From assembly GCA_964420015.1 (NCBI GenBank), contig CAYQPO010000002.1:74121-138120 (forward strand): 64,000 nucleotides of DNA, given 5' to 3'. Under the pieces are notes generated by a model. The model was not told the DNA's origin. It saw nothing but the letters and a program-made list of their open reading frames with translations, and ran no database searches. Shown here in pieces: positions 8,076-16,952 of this stretch. Source of the stretch: an uncultured Candidatus Saccharibacteria bacterium. GTDB taxonomy: Bacteria; Patescibacteriota; Minisyncoccia; Phycocordibacterales; SBAW01. Within the stretch, counting starts at the first letter, position 1. Every line of letters starts with the position of its first letter. Position numbers and translations under genes: made by a program.

Positions 8076-8321
8076 GTGAGTTATTTTGTCTATATTCTTG
8101 AATGCGCGGACGGATCACTCTATGTCGGTTGCACCAACGACTTACAAAGACGTTTATCCCAACACAACGAATCAAAGTGGGGTGCTCATTACACCAAAAT
8201 CCGCAGACCTGTGATATTGAAATATTCAGAAACTTATACTGACCTAAAAACAGCGCGTCGCCGTGAAACCGAAATCAAAGGCTGGCGAAGGGAGAAGAAA
8301 AACGCACTTTTTCAAAAATAA
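8076..8321 (+). CDS. GIY-YIG nuclease family protein (second YhbQ-like paralog), GTG start
   Basis: SYFVYILECADGSLYVGCTNDLQRRLSQH motif, with a GAGGT SD upstream of the GTG. Confidence 0.75.
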   Translation: MSYFVYILECADGSLYVGCTNDLQRRLSQHNESKWGAHYTKIRRPVILKYSETYTDLKTARRRETEIKGWRREKKNALFQK

Positions 8322-8489
8322 ATTGATCGCGCACCCACTTTATTTTCTCATCAGAGGTCATAGTAATCGTAATATCTCTTAAATCTACGCTTTTTGGCGC
8401 TGTTTTGGAAGCGAAAGTTGCTTACGGGAAAGTATGCCAGTATAGTCCGTATGGAAGCTCTATCAACGCGAGCAAGAGGGAGACGAACT

Positions 8490-9353
8490 ATGGAGTACGA
8501 AGGTACTCTCTCCGTCCTCTCGCAGCTTGCGAAAGGACAAGGGAAAACAGGGCTTTTGGTACTTTCTGGCGGTACGCGCGGAGTATACGGAGCGGCACAA
8601 ACCCGCGCTTTGGAGGAACGCGGTCTACGAGACAACTTTGAGGTGCTTGCGGGTATCTCAAGTGGAGCGGGGCCGATACTCTATTTCGCTGGCGGCGTCG
8701 TGTCGCGGGGAGTACGAGTGTATTACGAGGAGTGCCCCAAGTCCGACTTTCTATCGTTTGCGCCACGACGGGTACGCAACGGCACGATGTTAGACCCGAA
8801 CTTCTTGGGTGCGGTATTTCGCGGCAAGATTGGCACTAACGGCGTGTGTCTTGATGCAGTGAAGTCGTGTGCTGCTGATGTCGTGGTCGGACTTACTGAT
8901 TGCGAAAGCGGGCAGGGCGTATTCGTGGACATCAAAACTGCGATGCCCGACCCCGTGGAAGCAGTCATTGCGTCAATGGCGATGCCCATTCTGTGCAGGC
9001 GACCGTTCGTCGTGAACGGCAAGCGGTATCGCGATGGAGGCGTAGAAAGTATCCCGTTTCCAGCCCGCAAGTTGGTTGAGGGTTGGGGGCTTGATGCCCT
9101 TATCGTGTTTGCTAACCGACCCCGCTCGTGGGTGCATTCGCGCCCGCGACAAGTGGTGGAGCGCCTCGTGTCAAAAGACCGCACAGCTTTTGATGTGAAC
9201 CTGCATTACCTGCGAACCGCAGGACTGCCGTACTTGCTTGTCTGGACTGATAACGAGCTTGGCTTTCTGGAACAACGGGCATCCAGATTGCAGGCGGCTG
9301 CGGAACGCGGCTACAACTTTATGAGCGAGTTGCTCAACCGCGCGGATGTTTAG
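8490..9353 (+). CDS. Patatin-like phospholipase
   Basis: Oxyanion motif LSGGTRGVYGA, nucleophile elbow GISSGAG (GxSxG), catalytic Asp in RYRDGGV. The start is the internal MEYEGTLS. Confidence 0.8.
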   Translation: MEYEGTLSVLSQLAKGQGKTGLLVLSGGTRGVYGAAQTRALEERGLRDNFEVLAGISSGAGPILYFAGGVVSRGVRVYYEECPKSDFLSFAPRRVRNGTMLDPNFLGAVFRGKIGTNGVCLDAVKSCAADVVVGLTDCESGQGVFVDIKTAMPDPVEAVIASMAMPILCRRPFVVNGKRYRDGGVESIPFPARKLVEGWGLDALIVFANRPRSWVHSRPRQVVERLVSKDRTAFDVNLHYLRTAGLPYLLVWTDNELGFLEQRASRLQAAAERGYNFMSELLNRADV

Positions 9354-9401
9354 TACCGCGCGGTTTTTTCATAACAAAAATGACCCGACAACGCAGTCAG
9401 G

Positions 9402-9764
9402 TCATAGATGCAACAAGCCCACAATGAGCGGCACAGCCATCAGCCCGATAGGGAGAGCTGTGCTTGACCACTCGGGTAGCCGTATCCCAAACCATTTGTG
9501 GATGTAATGAGTGAGACAAGCTCCCTCAAACACCTCCTTACCCTCGCGCATTAGCGCTTCTTTTTCTTTGAGGGTGCACGGGCAGCCACCGAACTTGTGC
9601 CACAGATAGCTTGAAATGGCGATACCTGTGGCGCAGAGGCAGACGAGATAGAAGCCCGAAAGCAGGTTGGGATAGTAGATTACGGCAAGCGAGGTACTCG
9701 GCGAGGCGACCACAAGGGTCGCAAACATCGCCGTATGAGCGGCGAGGATGACCCTTGAGCGCAT
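9402..9764 (-). CDS. Small polytopic membrane protein with GCPC motif (function unknown)
   Basis: Three predicted TM segments and a WHKFGGCPCTL motif. No confident family assignment. Confidence 0.45.
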   Translation of the reverse strand: MRSRVILAAHTAMFATLVVASPSTSLAVIYYPNLLSGFYLVCLCATGIAISSYLWHKFGGCPCTLKEKEALMREGKEVFEGACLTHYIHKWFGIRLPEWSSTALPIGLMAVPLIVGLLHL

Positions 9765-10003
9765 AGCTGCGTACTCCGTTGAGAGCGTCCACGAGGGAAT
9801 ATAGGCAACTTGCCGCGTTTTGTCTATCGCGCTTTATGCAGTAGCCAATAACTCTGGTATAAAGATTTGGTAGGCAAAAGCGGATTTACCAGCCAAAAGC
9901 ACGGTTCCAACTTCGTCCAAGACCCCCAGCCAGTTTGAGGTAGGTTCTCGCGCTCAAGTCGCGTTGACTTAGCAGACACAAACCAAAGCGATACAATAGA
10001 GAA

Positions 10004-10648
10004 GTGGAAATTAATTTTACCTACAACACAGAGAAAGATATTTGGTGTCTTTTGAACAAAGGCAAAAGTTCAAATAATTCCCAAAACCCTACTAAAATCT
10101 ACGAACAGCTTGTGGCCGAGCATGGAGAAAGTCCCACTTCTGAAGCTACTGTTGATTTCATAGAAAAATATATTTCAGAAAAAAATATTGATCTTCAAAA
10201 ATGTGTAGAAATCTTTCAGAAAGATTGGGACAGTGTTTCAGATGAATATCACAAACGCGCAGAGGCAATCTTTGGAGCTTCTCTCCCTAACGCTGTTACA
10301 GCGTATCTTACGGTAAACACAAGATGCCCCTACAGCATAGAAAATAATTATTTCTATGTATCTGCCCAGAATTCATCTCCAAGAAAAACTGCTATGCATG
10401 AGTTGTGGCATTTCTACACCTGGTATGGTCTTGGAACTGATCAGGAAGAAAAATTAGGAAAACAAAAATACAACGACCTAAAAGAATCTCTTACAGTTTT
10501 GCTAAATGTTGAGTGCAAAGATCTGTTGCCTGAGGGAGTTACTGACGCTGGTTATCCTCAGCATACAGAAATGAGAGCCAAGATTTTAGAGTTTTGGGAA
10601 AAGGATAGAAATATACGAAACCTCTGGGAATATTTAACAAGTTTATAA
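10004..10648 (+). CDS. Hypothetical protein with HExxH motif, AT-rich gene
   Basis: The ORF is ~35% GC against ~58% for the window. It carries an AMHELWHFYTWYG (HExxH) motif and has no signal peptide. Confidence 0.55.
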   Translation: MEINFTYNTEKDIWCLLNKGKSSNNSQNPTKIYEQLVAEHGESPTSEATVDFIEKYISEKNIDLQKCVEIFQKDWDSVSDEYHKRAEAIFGASLPNAVTAYLTVNTRCPYSIENNYFYVSAQNSSPRKTAMHELWHFYTWYGLGTDQEEKLGKQKYNDLKESLTVLLNVECKDLLPEGVTDAGYPQHTEMRAKILEFWEKDRNIRNLWEYLTSL

Positions 10649-10749
10649 GCGCTCGAGACGCGTCGATTGAGTCATGTAGAATGTAGCTAAACCGTCAAGC
10701 AGGGTAAGGCCGACCACGGTTCGAGCTCAAGTCGGCCAGCAATGATTTT

Positions 10750-11283
10750 ATGAAAATATTTATCACTGGAGTTTCTGGTACTGGTAAATCGACGACAATA
10801 GAAAAGCTAAAGGAAAAAGGAATACGCGCGATTGATATTGATGCAGTTTCTGAGCTTTGTCGGTGGATACATACAGGTACAAAAGAAGTTGCTCATTGGC
10901 ACTCGGGCATTGGAAATGAGTTTTTTAAAACCCATCAATATATTTGTGACAGAGATAAACTCATTGAACTCATGAACAAAACTGCAGGTCCTGTTGTGGT
11001 TGCAGGGCTTTCTGATACACAGGCGGACACTTTATTTGATTTATTCGATAAAATTATTCTCTTCCGATGCGACGAAGAAGTATTTTTTGGACGCATCAAT
11101 AATCGCATCAACCATGACTTCGGCAAACACGAATCCGAACAGAAAATGATACGGGGGTGGTACAAAGAGTTTGAGCAAGAGATGTTGGATAAAGGGGCCA
11201 TACCTATTGATACAGACCAGCCGATTGAGCAGATAGTGAACATAATACTTCAAGAGTTTGAGGCACCAAATATCACTCGCTAG
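10750..11283 (+). CDS. P-loop NTPase / small-molecule or nucleotide kinase-like (AAA_33 / zeta-toxin-like fold), AT-rich gene
   Basis: Walker A at the N-terminus (MKIFITGVSGTGKSTT). At 177 aa it is the size of small P-loop kinases. GC is ~38%. Confidence 0.65.
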   Translation: MKIFITGVSGTGKSTTIEKLKEKGIRAIDIDAVSELCRWIHTGTKEVAHWHSGIGNEFFKTHQYICDRDKLIELMNKTAGPVVVAGLSDTQADTLFDLFDKIILFRCDEEVFFGRINNRINHDFGKHESEQKMIRGWYKEFEQEMLDKGAIPIDTDQPIEQIVNIILQEFEAPNITR

Positions 11284-11326
11284 TTCTAAACTTATCCAAG
11301 TTGGGCAGCTAGGGTAAAATTATTAT

Positions 11327-11923
11327 ATGACCCAAGCCGAGCAGTTGAAGCGGGTTTTGAAACTCCATCAATTATTTCATGATGGAAAAATTCCTACACT
11401 CGCGCAGCACGAGGTGAACCCTGGTCTGCCAAAGGGGAGTAGAGAGAACTATCTGTACTTTACTTTGCCACCCTCCATTAACTTTCAACGGCAATCGCCA
11501 GCCATGTGGGCTTCGGCGTTAAAGACTTGGAATGATCCAGAAACGAACTATCTTTTCTTTCCTGAAAAAGTAGCAGAAAAGACGCGAGAGCAGGTTCAAA
11601 AAGATTTATTAAAACACAAGCTCGCGCTGCAACTCAACAAGCATACAGATATTTGGATGGCTGTGTGCAAAGCATTTCATGCGCATTTTAAGGATGACCC
11701 TCGAGAGTTGTTTAAGGCGGGGGATTGGGATGTGGTTGGTATCCACCCCGACACCCATGTTTTGCAATGCTCAGTAAAGTTGGGCCTCACCACTCCCTCC
11801 ATGTCCTCTTTGGAAGTCGCTGCTGTATGGAAGGAGCTGCTTGGTAATGGCAAAGTGGCTCCTGTAGAAATGCATCCTGTTTTATGGAATTGGAGCCGCA
11901 ATAACTTCTTCCCCGAGGTCTAA
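11327..11923 (+). CDS. Hypothetical protein (198 aa), no recognisable motif
   Basis: Clean ORF with intermediate GC, following the AT-rich cassette. Confidence 0.5.
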   Translation: MTQAEQLKRVLKLHQLFHDGKIPTLAQHEVNPGLPKGSRENYLYFTLPPSINFQRQSPAMWASALKTWNDPETNYLFFPEKVAEKTREQVQKDLLKHKLALQLNKHTDIWMAVCKAFHAHFKDDPRELFKAGDWDVVGIHPDTHVLQCSVKLGLTTPSMSSLEVAAVWKELLGNGKVAPVEMHPVLWNWSRNNFFPEV

Positions 11924-11979
11924 AAAGGTTCCAACATCGTCCCACAAACCCAGCAAAATTGCGGTGTTAGAATACACTC

Positions 11980-12342
11980 ATGTGGCACGAGCGGGCGAAG
12001 CACTGGTTTACTTCTGAAGAGAAGTTTTTAAAGACCCCCGTCGGCATCTTTTTGCTCGGGGCGTTTTTAGGTGAGCTTGCGCCCGACCCCACGGATGCAG
12101 TCCATTTTTGGCTCCAAGAACACATACTCAACAACCCGGCGATCTCCGCTTTTTGGCGCGCATTTTTGCAAATATTCGACTGGTACTTCATGAGCGCATG
12201 TTACTTCCTCTTGCTTTTAGTGCTTGCTTACTTTTTACACATCACTAACGTCGGTGCGGTTAAGCGCTTTACCATTGTCGCGGGCATCTTGAGCATCGGC
12301 GCGGCGGTAGGTATCCTTGCACGGTTTGTCCTGGGGGCTTAA
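11980..12342 (+). CDS. Hypothetical membrane protein (3 TM)
   Basis: Hydrophobic segments. An intrinsic terminator follows it. Confidence 0.45.
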   Translation: MWHERAKHWFTSEEKFLKTPVGIFLLGAFLGELAPDPTDAVHFWLQEHILNNPAISAFWRAFLQIFDWYFMSACYFLLLLVLAYFLHITNVGAVKRFTIVAGILSIGAAVGILARFVLGA

Positions 12343-12427
12343 AAGGGTTGTCGCTGAAGTGTTTTTTGCTATCCACACGGCATCTGCACGTTTTTAAAAA
12401 TTAGAGTACTATAGAGAGCACAGGATT

Positions 12428-12462
12428 GGCTCGCGCGGCGAGCCGGCCGTTTTTATTTTTTG
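12428..12462 (+). terminator. Rho-independent terminator
   Basis: ggctcgc-gcg-gcgagcc hairpin followed by tttttatttttt. Confidence 0.5.
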
Positions 12463-12487
12463 GCCGGTCTCCAGTGCGAGAAAAGCA

Positions 12488-13138
12488 ATGAAGACCAACC
12501 AAACCCTTACTCAAAATTTTTATGAACTCTCGGCGCGCCCGGCAGTTCTTTTTGCGCTGGCGGTAGCGCTCTCGCTCATACCCAGTTTGAGCACGAGTGT
12601 TCTCGATCAACCGGCTGCCCTGTTTCAACAAGCAACCGAGACGTTTGTGTCGAGCACCTACGAGGCAAGCGACCTTTTTGTGGCGAGCGCCTATGGTTCG
12701 TACTGGGGAGCTTCAGACCTTGGCTCTGCATCGAGCGAAGCGTACGCCGCAGTGGTCGCCCGCGCCGCGGAGAATATGAGCGACGATCTTAACCTCTCGA
12801 CCAAAACAGTGGTCGCCTCTGTGCTCAGCGCATTTGCGGTTGACCCATCGGTGCGCGCGGCAGCGGTGCCGCTTGCAAATCCGCTGGGGATTACCCTCAG
12901 TGTTGCCTACGACCCCAGCTCGCAAACTACCGCTTTACAAGACGAAGGTCGTTTCGGCTATCTACAGTATTTGCCCGATGCGATGATCGATACAACGCTG
13001 CAGTATGAGCACGCCGTGGGCAGTGCATTTTACTCTGCGGCCGATACGAGTGCCGCTGCGCTTAATGCTTCCGTCGAGTGGGAGCGCGCGTTGCGCGCGG
13101 GCGTAGACGAGCGGCTCGCCGCAGGAGGTTCGGTTTAA
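12488..13138 (+). CDS. Secreted hypothetical protein (signal peptide, Ala/Ser-rich)
   Basis: N-terminal signal MKTNQ...ALAVALSLIPS. No known motif. Confidence 0.55.
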   Translation: MKTNQTLTQNFYELSARPAVLFALAVALSLIPSLSTSVLDQPAALFQQATETFVSSTYEASDLFVASAYGSYWGASDLGSASSEAYAAVVARAAENMSDDLNLSTKTVVASVLSAFAVDPSVRAAAVPLANPLGITLSVAYDPSSQTTALQDEGRFGYLQYLPDAMIDTTLQYEHAVGSAFYSAADTSAAALNASVEWERALRAGVDERLAAGGSV

Positions 13139-13245
13139 GGACGAGTTCACTCCCGTCTTGCTGCGCGTGCAATTTTAAGGTAGGTTGTGTATACAAGCGC
13201 GCGAGCCCTGGGCCGTAGCCGGGCGAGGCGCTTTTTTCATATCTC

Positions 13246-15018
13246 ATGGAACCACGGGAAATCCGCAACATAGCGATCATCGCGCATGTCGATCACGGTA
13301 AGACTACACTTACTGATGCGCTTTTGCGTCAGCTTGGAGTGGCGGGTGAGGGGACCTCGATGGACAGCAATGATCTCGAAAAAGAGCGCGGCATCACAAT
13401 CTATGCCAAAAACGCTGCGGTCGAGTACAAGGGCACCAAAATAAACATCGTCGACACGCCAGGCCACGCCGACTTCGGCTCCGAGGTTGAACGCGTGCTT
13501 CGCTCGATTGACTCGGTACTCTTGGTAGTCGACGCTCAAGAGGGTCCCATGCCGCAAACGCGCTTTGTACTCAAAAAAAGTCTCGAGCTTGGCCTCAAGC
13601 CGATTGTGGTCATCAACAAAATCGACAAGCCTGCGGCTAATCCCGCGATGGCTGAAGAGGCGGTGCTGGAACTTTTTTTGGAACTTGGTGCCAACGACGA
13701 GCAGAGCAATTTTCCGGTGGTGTACACGGTCGGTCGCCAAGGCATCGCCAAAAAGAAATTGAGCGACGAAAGCGCCGACCTCACTCCGCTACTCGAAACC
13801 ATTTTGGAACACGTCAAACCGGCCTCCTCGCCAGAGCTTGCCCAAAAGCCGATGCGGGCGCAGGCTTTTAACCTCGCGTACGACAACTTTTTGGGGCGCC
13901 TAGCATTCGTACGCATCTACGACGGCGTTATGTCTGTGGGACAAAGCGTCTTTGTAAAAAATACTCAAGGAGCAACGCGGCCGGGTAAAGTACTCAAGAT
14001 TTTTTCTTTCCGCGGACTCGAACGAGTTGAAACCCTCCAAGCTTCTGCTGGCGACATTGTGCTCATCGCGGGGCTCCCCGACATCTACATCGGTGAGACG
14101 ATTTGTGCGCAAGAGAGCTCGGAGATGTTGCCGACGATCGCGGTCGACGAGCCAACGATCGGGCTCAACTTTTTGGTCAACAACTCGCCGTTTGCGGGGC
14201 GTGAGGGCAAGTTTGTTACCACGCGCCAGATTCGCGAGCGGCTCGAACGTGAGCTCGAGGTCAATGTGGGGCTTAAGGTTGATTTTTCTTCGGCTGAGGC
14301 ATTTCGCGTGTATGGTCGTGGCGAGCTCCACATTGCGGTCTTGCTCGAAAACATGCGCCGCGAAGGCTACGAAGTACAGGTCTCCCAACCGCAAGTGATT
14401 TATCACGAAGAGAGCGGAGTCAAGATGGAGCCGTTCGAGGAGGTGATCATCGACATCCCCGCAGAGTACCAAGGCGCTATCATCGAAAAGTTGGGCCAAC
14501 GTAAAGTGGTGATCAAAGACATGCGCGCACACGACAGAGCGGTGCGCATTATTTTAGAGGGGCCAACCCGCGGGCTCCTCGGCTATCGCTCGCAGTTTGT
14601 GCTCGACACGCGCGGCGAGGGGATTTTTTCCTCGCGCTTTAGCGAGTTTAGGCCCTATGCCGGCGACATTGTTAAGCGCGCGGTGGGTTCGATGGTTGCG
14701 ATGGCCGCAGGCAAAGCACTTGGGTTTTCGCTCTGGAATTTGCAAGACCGTGGAGTGCTCTACATCGGCCCAGGCGTTGAGGTGTACGAAGGCGAGGTGA
14801 TCGGCAACACCGCTAAGGGTGAGCAAATGTTTGTAAATCCGACCAAGGGCAAACAACTCACCAACATGCGCGCTTCGGGCTCTGACGAAGCAATCTACTT
14901 GACCCCGCCGTATGAACTTACGATCGAGCGCGGGCTCGAGGTCATGGCCGATGACGAATATTTGGAGGTCACTCCCAAAAGTGTTCGCCTGCGCAAGCAG
15001 CCCGGCGCACGCTTCTAG
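13246..15018 (+). CDS. typA: Translational GTPase TypA/BipA
   Basis: G1 [23 protein letters not shown]. The BipA-specific C-terminal domain is present (590 aa). Confidence 0.9.
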   Translation: MEPREIRNIAIIAHVDHGKTTLTDALLRQLGVAGEGTSMDSNDLEKERGITIYAKNAAVEYKGTKINIVDTPGHADFGSEVERVLRSIDSVLLVVDAQEGPMPQTRFVLKKSLELGLKPIVVINKIDKPAANPAMAEEAVLELFLELGANDEQSNFPVVYTVGRQGIAKKKLSDESADLTPLLETILEHVKPASSPELAQKPMRAQAFNLAYDNFLGRLAFVRIYDGVMSVGQSVFVKNTQGATRPGKVLKIFSFRGLERVETLQASAGDIVLIAGLPDIYIGETICAQESSEMLPTIAVDEPTIGLNFLVNNSPFAGREGKFVTTRQIRERLERELEVNVGLKVDFSSAEAFRVYGRGELHIAVLLENMRREGYEVQVSQPQVIYHEESGVKMEPFEEVIIDIPAEYQGAIIEKLGQRKVVIKDMRAHDRAVRIILEGPTRGLLGYRSQFVLDTRGEGIFSSRFSEFRPYAGDIVKRAVGSMVAMAAGKALGFSLWNLQDRGVLYIGPGVEVYEGEVIGNTAKGEQMFVNPTKGKQLTNMRASGSDEAIYLTPPYELTIERGLEVMADDEYLEVTPKSVRLRKQPGARF

Positions 15019-15110
15019 TTTTGAAATAACTTTTTGTCTGTGTGTGTACTACAAACGAGGCTCTTATCTGCCTCGCCATGGCCCAATTATTGGCTCACAT
15101 AAAAGTCTAC

Positions 15111-15521
15111 ATGAACAGATCTACATTACTAGCTGTCCCACTCGCTGCAGTTGCACTCCTTGCCGGGGGTGCTGCGGTTGGATACACCAATCTTGCCGCA
15201 GCACAAACGCCATCGAGTACCACCACGACCGATACGCAAGGTGACTTCCATCATGGTCCCGGTGGTGAAGGGTTTAGAGGACACGGTCCAGGTGCAATGG
15301 GCACTGTAAGTGCAGTCGACGGCAACACCATTACGCTCACGGGTAAAAATGGCACGACCTACACGATTGATGCCTCAAGCGCTACGGTGGACAAAATTTC
15401 TGCTATCAATGTCTCGCAAATACAAGTGGGTGACACGATCGGGGTTCAGGGTTCTGTCTCTGGGAGCTCAATCACCGCTAAGCACATCATGGACGGCGTC
15501 CCCCCAGCTCAGCAGCAATAA
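15111..15521 (+). CDS. Small secreted protein with a Gly/Thr-rich beta domain (DUF5666-like), copy 1 of 3
   Basis: Signal peptide MNRSTLLAVPLAAVALLAGG. The domain reads TVSAVDGNTITLTGKNGTTYTIDASSATV...VGDTIGVQGSVSGSSITAKHI, and the same pattern recurs at 16690-16850 and 20880-21090. Confidence 0.6.
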   Translation: MNRSTLLAVPLAAVALLAGGAAVGYTNLAAAQTPSSTTTTDTQGDFHHGPGGEGFRGHGPGAMGTVSAVDGNTITLTGKNGTTYTIDASSATVDKISAINVSQIQVGDTIGVQGSVSGSSITAKHIMDGVPPAQQQ

Positions 15522-15544
15522 AGCTCTCACAACCTGGGGCAAAC

Positions 15545-15568
15545 AAAACCCCGCTGTGCGGGGTTTTG
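15545..15568 (+). terminator. Rho-independent terminator
   Basis: aaaaccccgc-tgtg-cggggtttt hairpin followed by a T-run. Confidence 0.6.
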
Positions 15569-15610
15569 TGCTGCGTAATAAAAGATGAATCAAAAGTGTA
15601 GTATACAAAG

Positions 15611-16180
15611 ATGGGACCTCTATCCGCGCCAAGCGACGAGCAGGTCGCTTTGCGCGTACAGCAGGGTGACCGAGATGCTTTTGGCCTCTTGGTTGAGCGC
15701 TACCAAGAACGGCTCTCGCGTTACGCGCGGCGCTTTTTGCAGCGCGACTCCGATATAACCGACCTGGTGCAAGACACGTTTATCCGCGCGTATGAGCGTT
15801 TGCAGAGCTTTGATGCGACGCAAAAGTTCTCCCCATGGATTTACCGCGTTGCGCACAACGTGTTTATCAACGAGCTCAAGCGCTCATCGCGCAGCCCCTT
15901 AACCTTAGTTGACCTTGATACGCTCCTGGTGCACCCGGTCTACGACGACCCAGCAGTACGCGATCGCGAGCGGCGTGAAATCGCGGAGGCGCTTGAGGTG
16001 GGGTTGCAGAAACTTTCGCCGAAATACCGCGAGGTGCTGGTACTCTATTATGTAGAAGAGCTCGGCTACAAAGAAATTGCCGATGTGCTCGAGGTGCCGC
16101 AGGGCACCGTGGGAGTGCGCTTGCGGCGGGCAAAAGAAGCGCTCGCGCAAGTCCCCGAAGTGCAGGCACTACGCCCATGA
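15611..16180 (+). CDS. ECF (group IV) sigma-70 family RNA polymerase sigma factor
   Basis: Region 2 (LVQDTFIRAYERLQSFD, FSPWIYRVAHN) and region 4 (YREVLVLYYVEELGYKEIADVLEVPQGTVGVRLRRAKEAL). Confidence 0.85.
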   Translation: MGPLSAPSDEQVALRVQQGDRDAFGLLVERYQERLSRYARRFLQRDSDITDLVQDTFIRAYERLQSFDATQKFSPWIYRVAHNVFINELKRSSRSPLTLVDLDTLLVHPVYDDPAVRDRERREIAEALEVGLQKLSPKYREVLVLYYVEELGYKEIADVLEVPQGTVGVRLRRAKEALAQVPEVQALRP

Positions 16181-16905
16181 CCACCGACAATCTCAAAAAC
16201 CAAATACTCGAAAAGATCCGCACAAAGCGGGTGAGCATGCGCCCTAAGATCTTCTTTACACTCCACGTGGGGGCGCTCATAGTGGTCGGGTTTTGTGTAC
16301 TCGCCCTCTCGGTATTTTTGTTCAATTACATTTCGTTCATCGTGCGACTTAATTCCCACGACGCACTTTTGGGTTTTGGGCCGCGTGGCATCGAGCTCTT
16401 CTTGCAAGTGTTTCCTTGGCCACTGCTTTTGCTCGACCTGGCGCTGGTGGTGCTTTTGGAGTGGCTGCTTAGGCATTTTAAGTTCGGCTATCGCCGGCCG
16501 GCACTTTTGTTGTTTGCAGGGCTGCTTCTCTCGAGTCTTATCGTGGGTAGTTTTCTCGATCGCGGCTTGCGGTTCAACGACAACTTCTTGCGTCGCGCTG
16601 ATCGGGGTATGCTTCCGCCGCCTCTGGGTGCGTTTTACGAGTACGCGCGCCGCCCGCCCGGGCCCGAGGAGTATCGGGGCACGATTACAGCGATCAACGG
16701 CACACAACTTACCGTGCAACTCGACAGCACCACCACAACCATAACAATAGAGGCGCCGCCTGAGCATGGCGACATTGCTGTGGGACAGCGGATCTTTATC
16801 TTTGGGCACTTTGGCACCTCGAGTATTCAAGCTTTTGGTATCAGGGGCCTGCCCCAAGACCGAGACGACCCGTTTGTCCCGCCGCCCGCCGTGTTGATGA
16901 AATAA
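16177..16905 (+). CDS. Candidate anti-sigma factor: polytopic membrane protein with C-terminal DUF5666-like domain, translationally coupled to the ECF sigma gene
   Basis: ATGA start/stop overlap with the sigma gene. It has 4-5 TM helices. The C-terminal EEYRGTITAINGTQLTVQLDSTTTTITIEAPPEHGDIAVGQRIFIFGHFGTSSIQAFGI shares the domain seen at 15111 and 20709. No canonical zinc anti-sigma motif is present. Confidence 0.5.
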   Translation: MTTDNLKNQILEKIRTKRVSMRPKIFFTLHVGALIVVGFCVLALSVFLFNYISFIVRLNSHDALLGFGPRGIELFLQVFPWPLLLLDLALVVLLEWLLRHFKFGYRRPALLLFAGLLLSSLIVGSFLDRGLRFNDNFLRRADRGMLPPPLGAFYEYARRPPGPEEYRGTITAINGTQLTVQLDSTTTTITIEAPPEHGDIAVGQRIFIFGHFGTSSIQAFGIRGLPQDRDDPFVPPPAVLMK

Positions 16906-16952
16906 AGTCGCGGTGGGCGTGGTACTAATGCTAAGGCTATTGTTTTGCCGGC

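Noticed and set aside
8351-8635. Minus-strand ORF overlapping the patatin start
   Set aside because: It is antisense to a well-supported patatin gene and has an Arg/Pro-rich, GC-frame composition.
13237-14532. Minus-strand ORFs inside typA
   Set aside because: They are antisense to a highly conserved GTPase and are typical high-GC shadow ORFs.
16066-16857. 263-aa minus-strand ORF
   Set aside because: It is antisense to the anti-sigma candidate and the sigma 3' end. It is Arg/Cys/His-rich with no motif.
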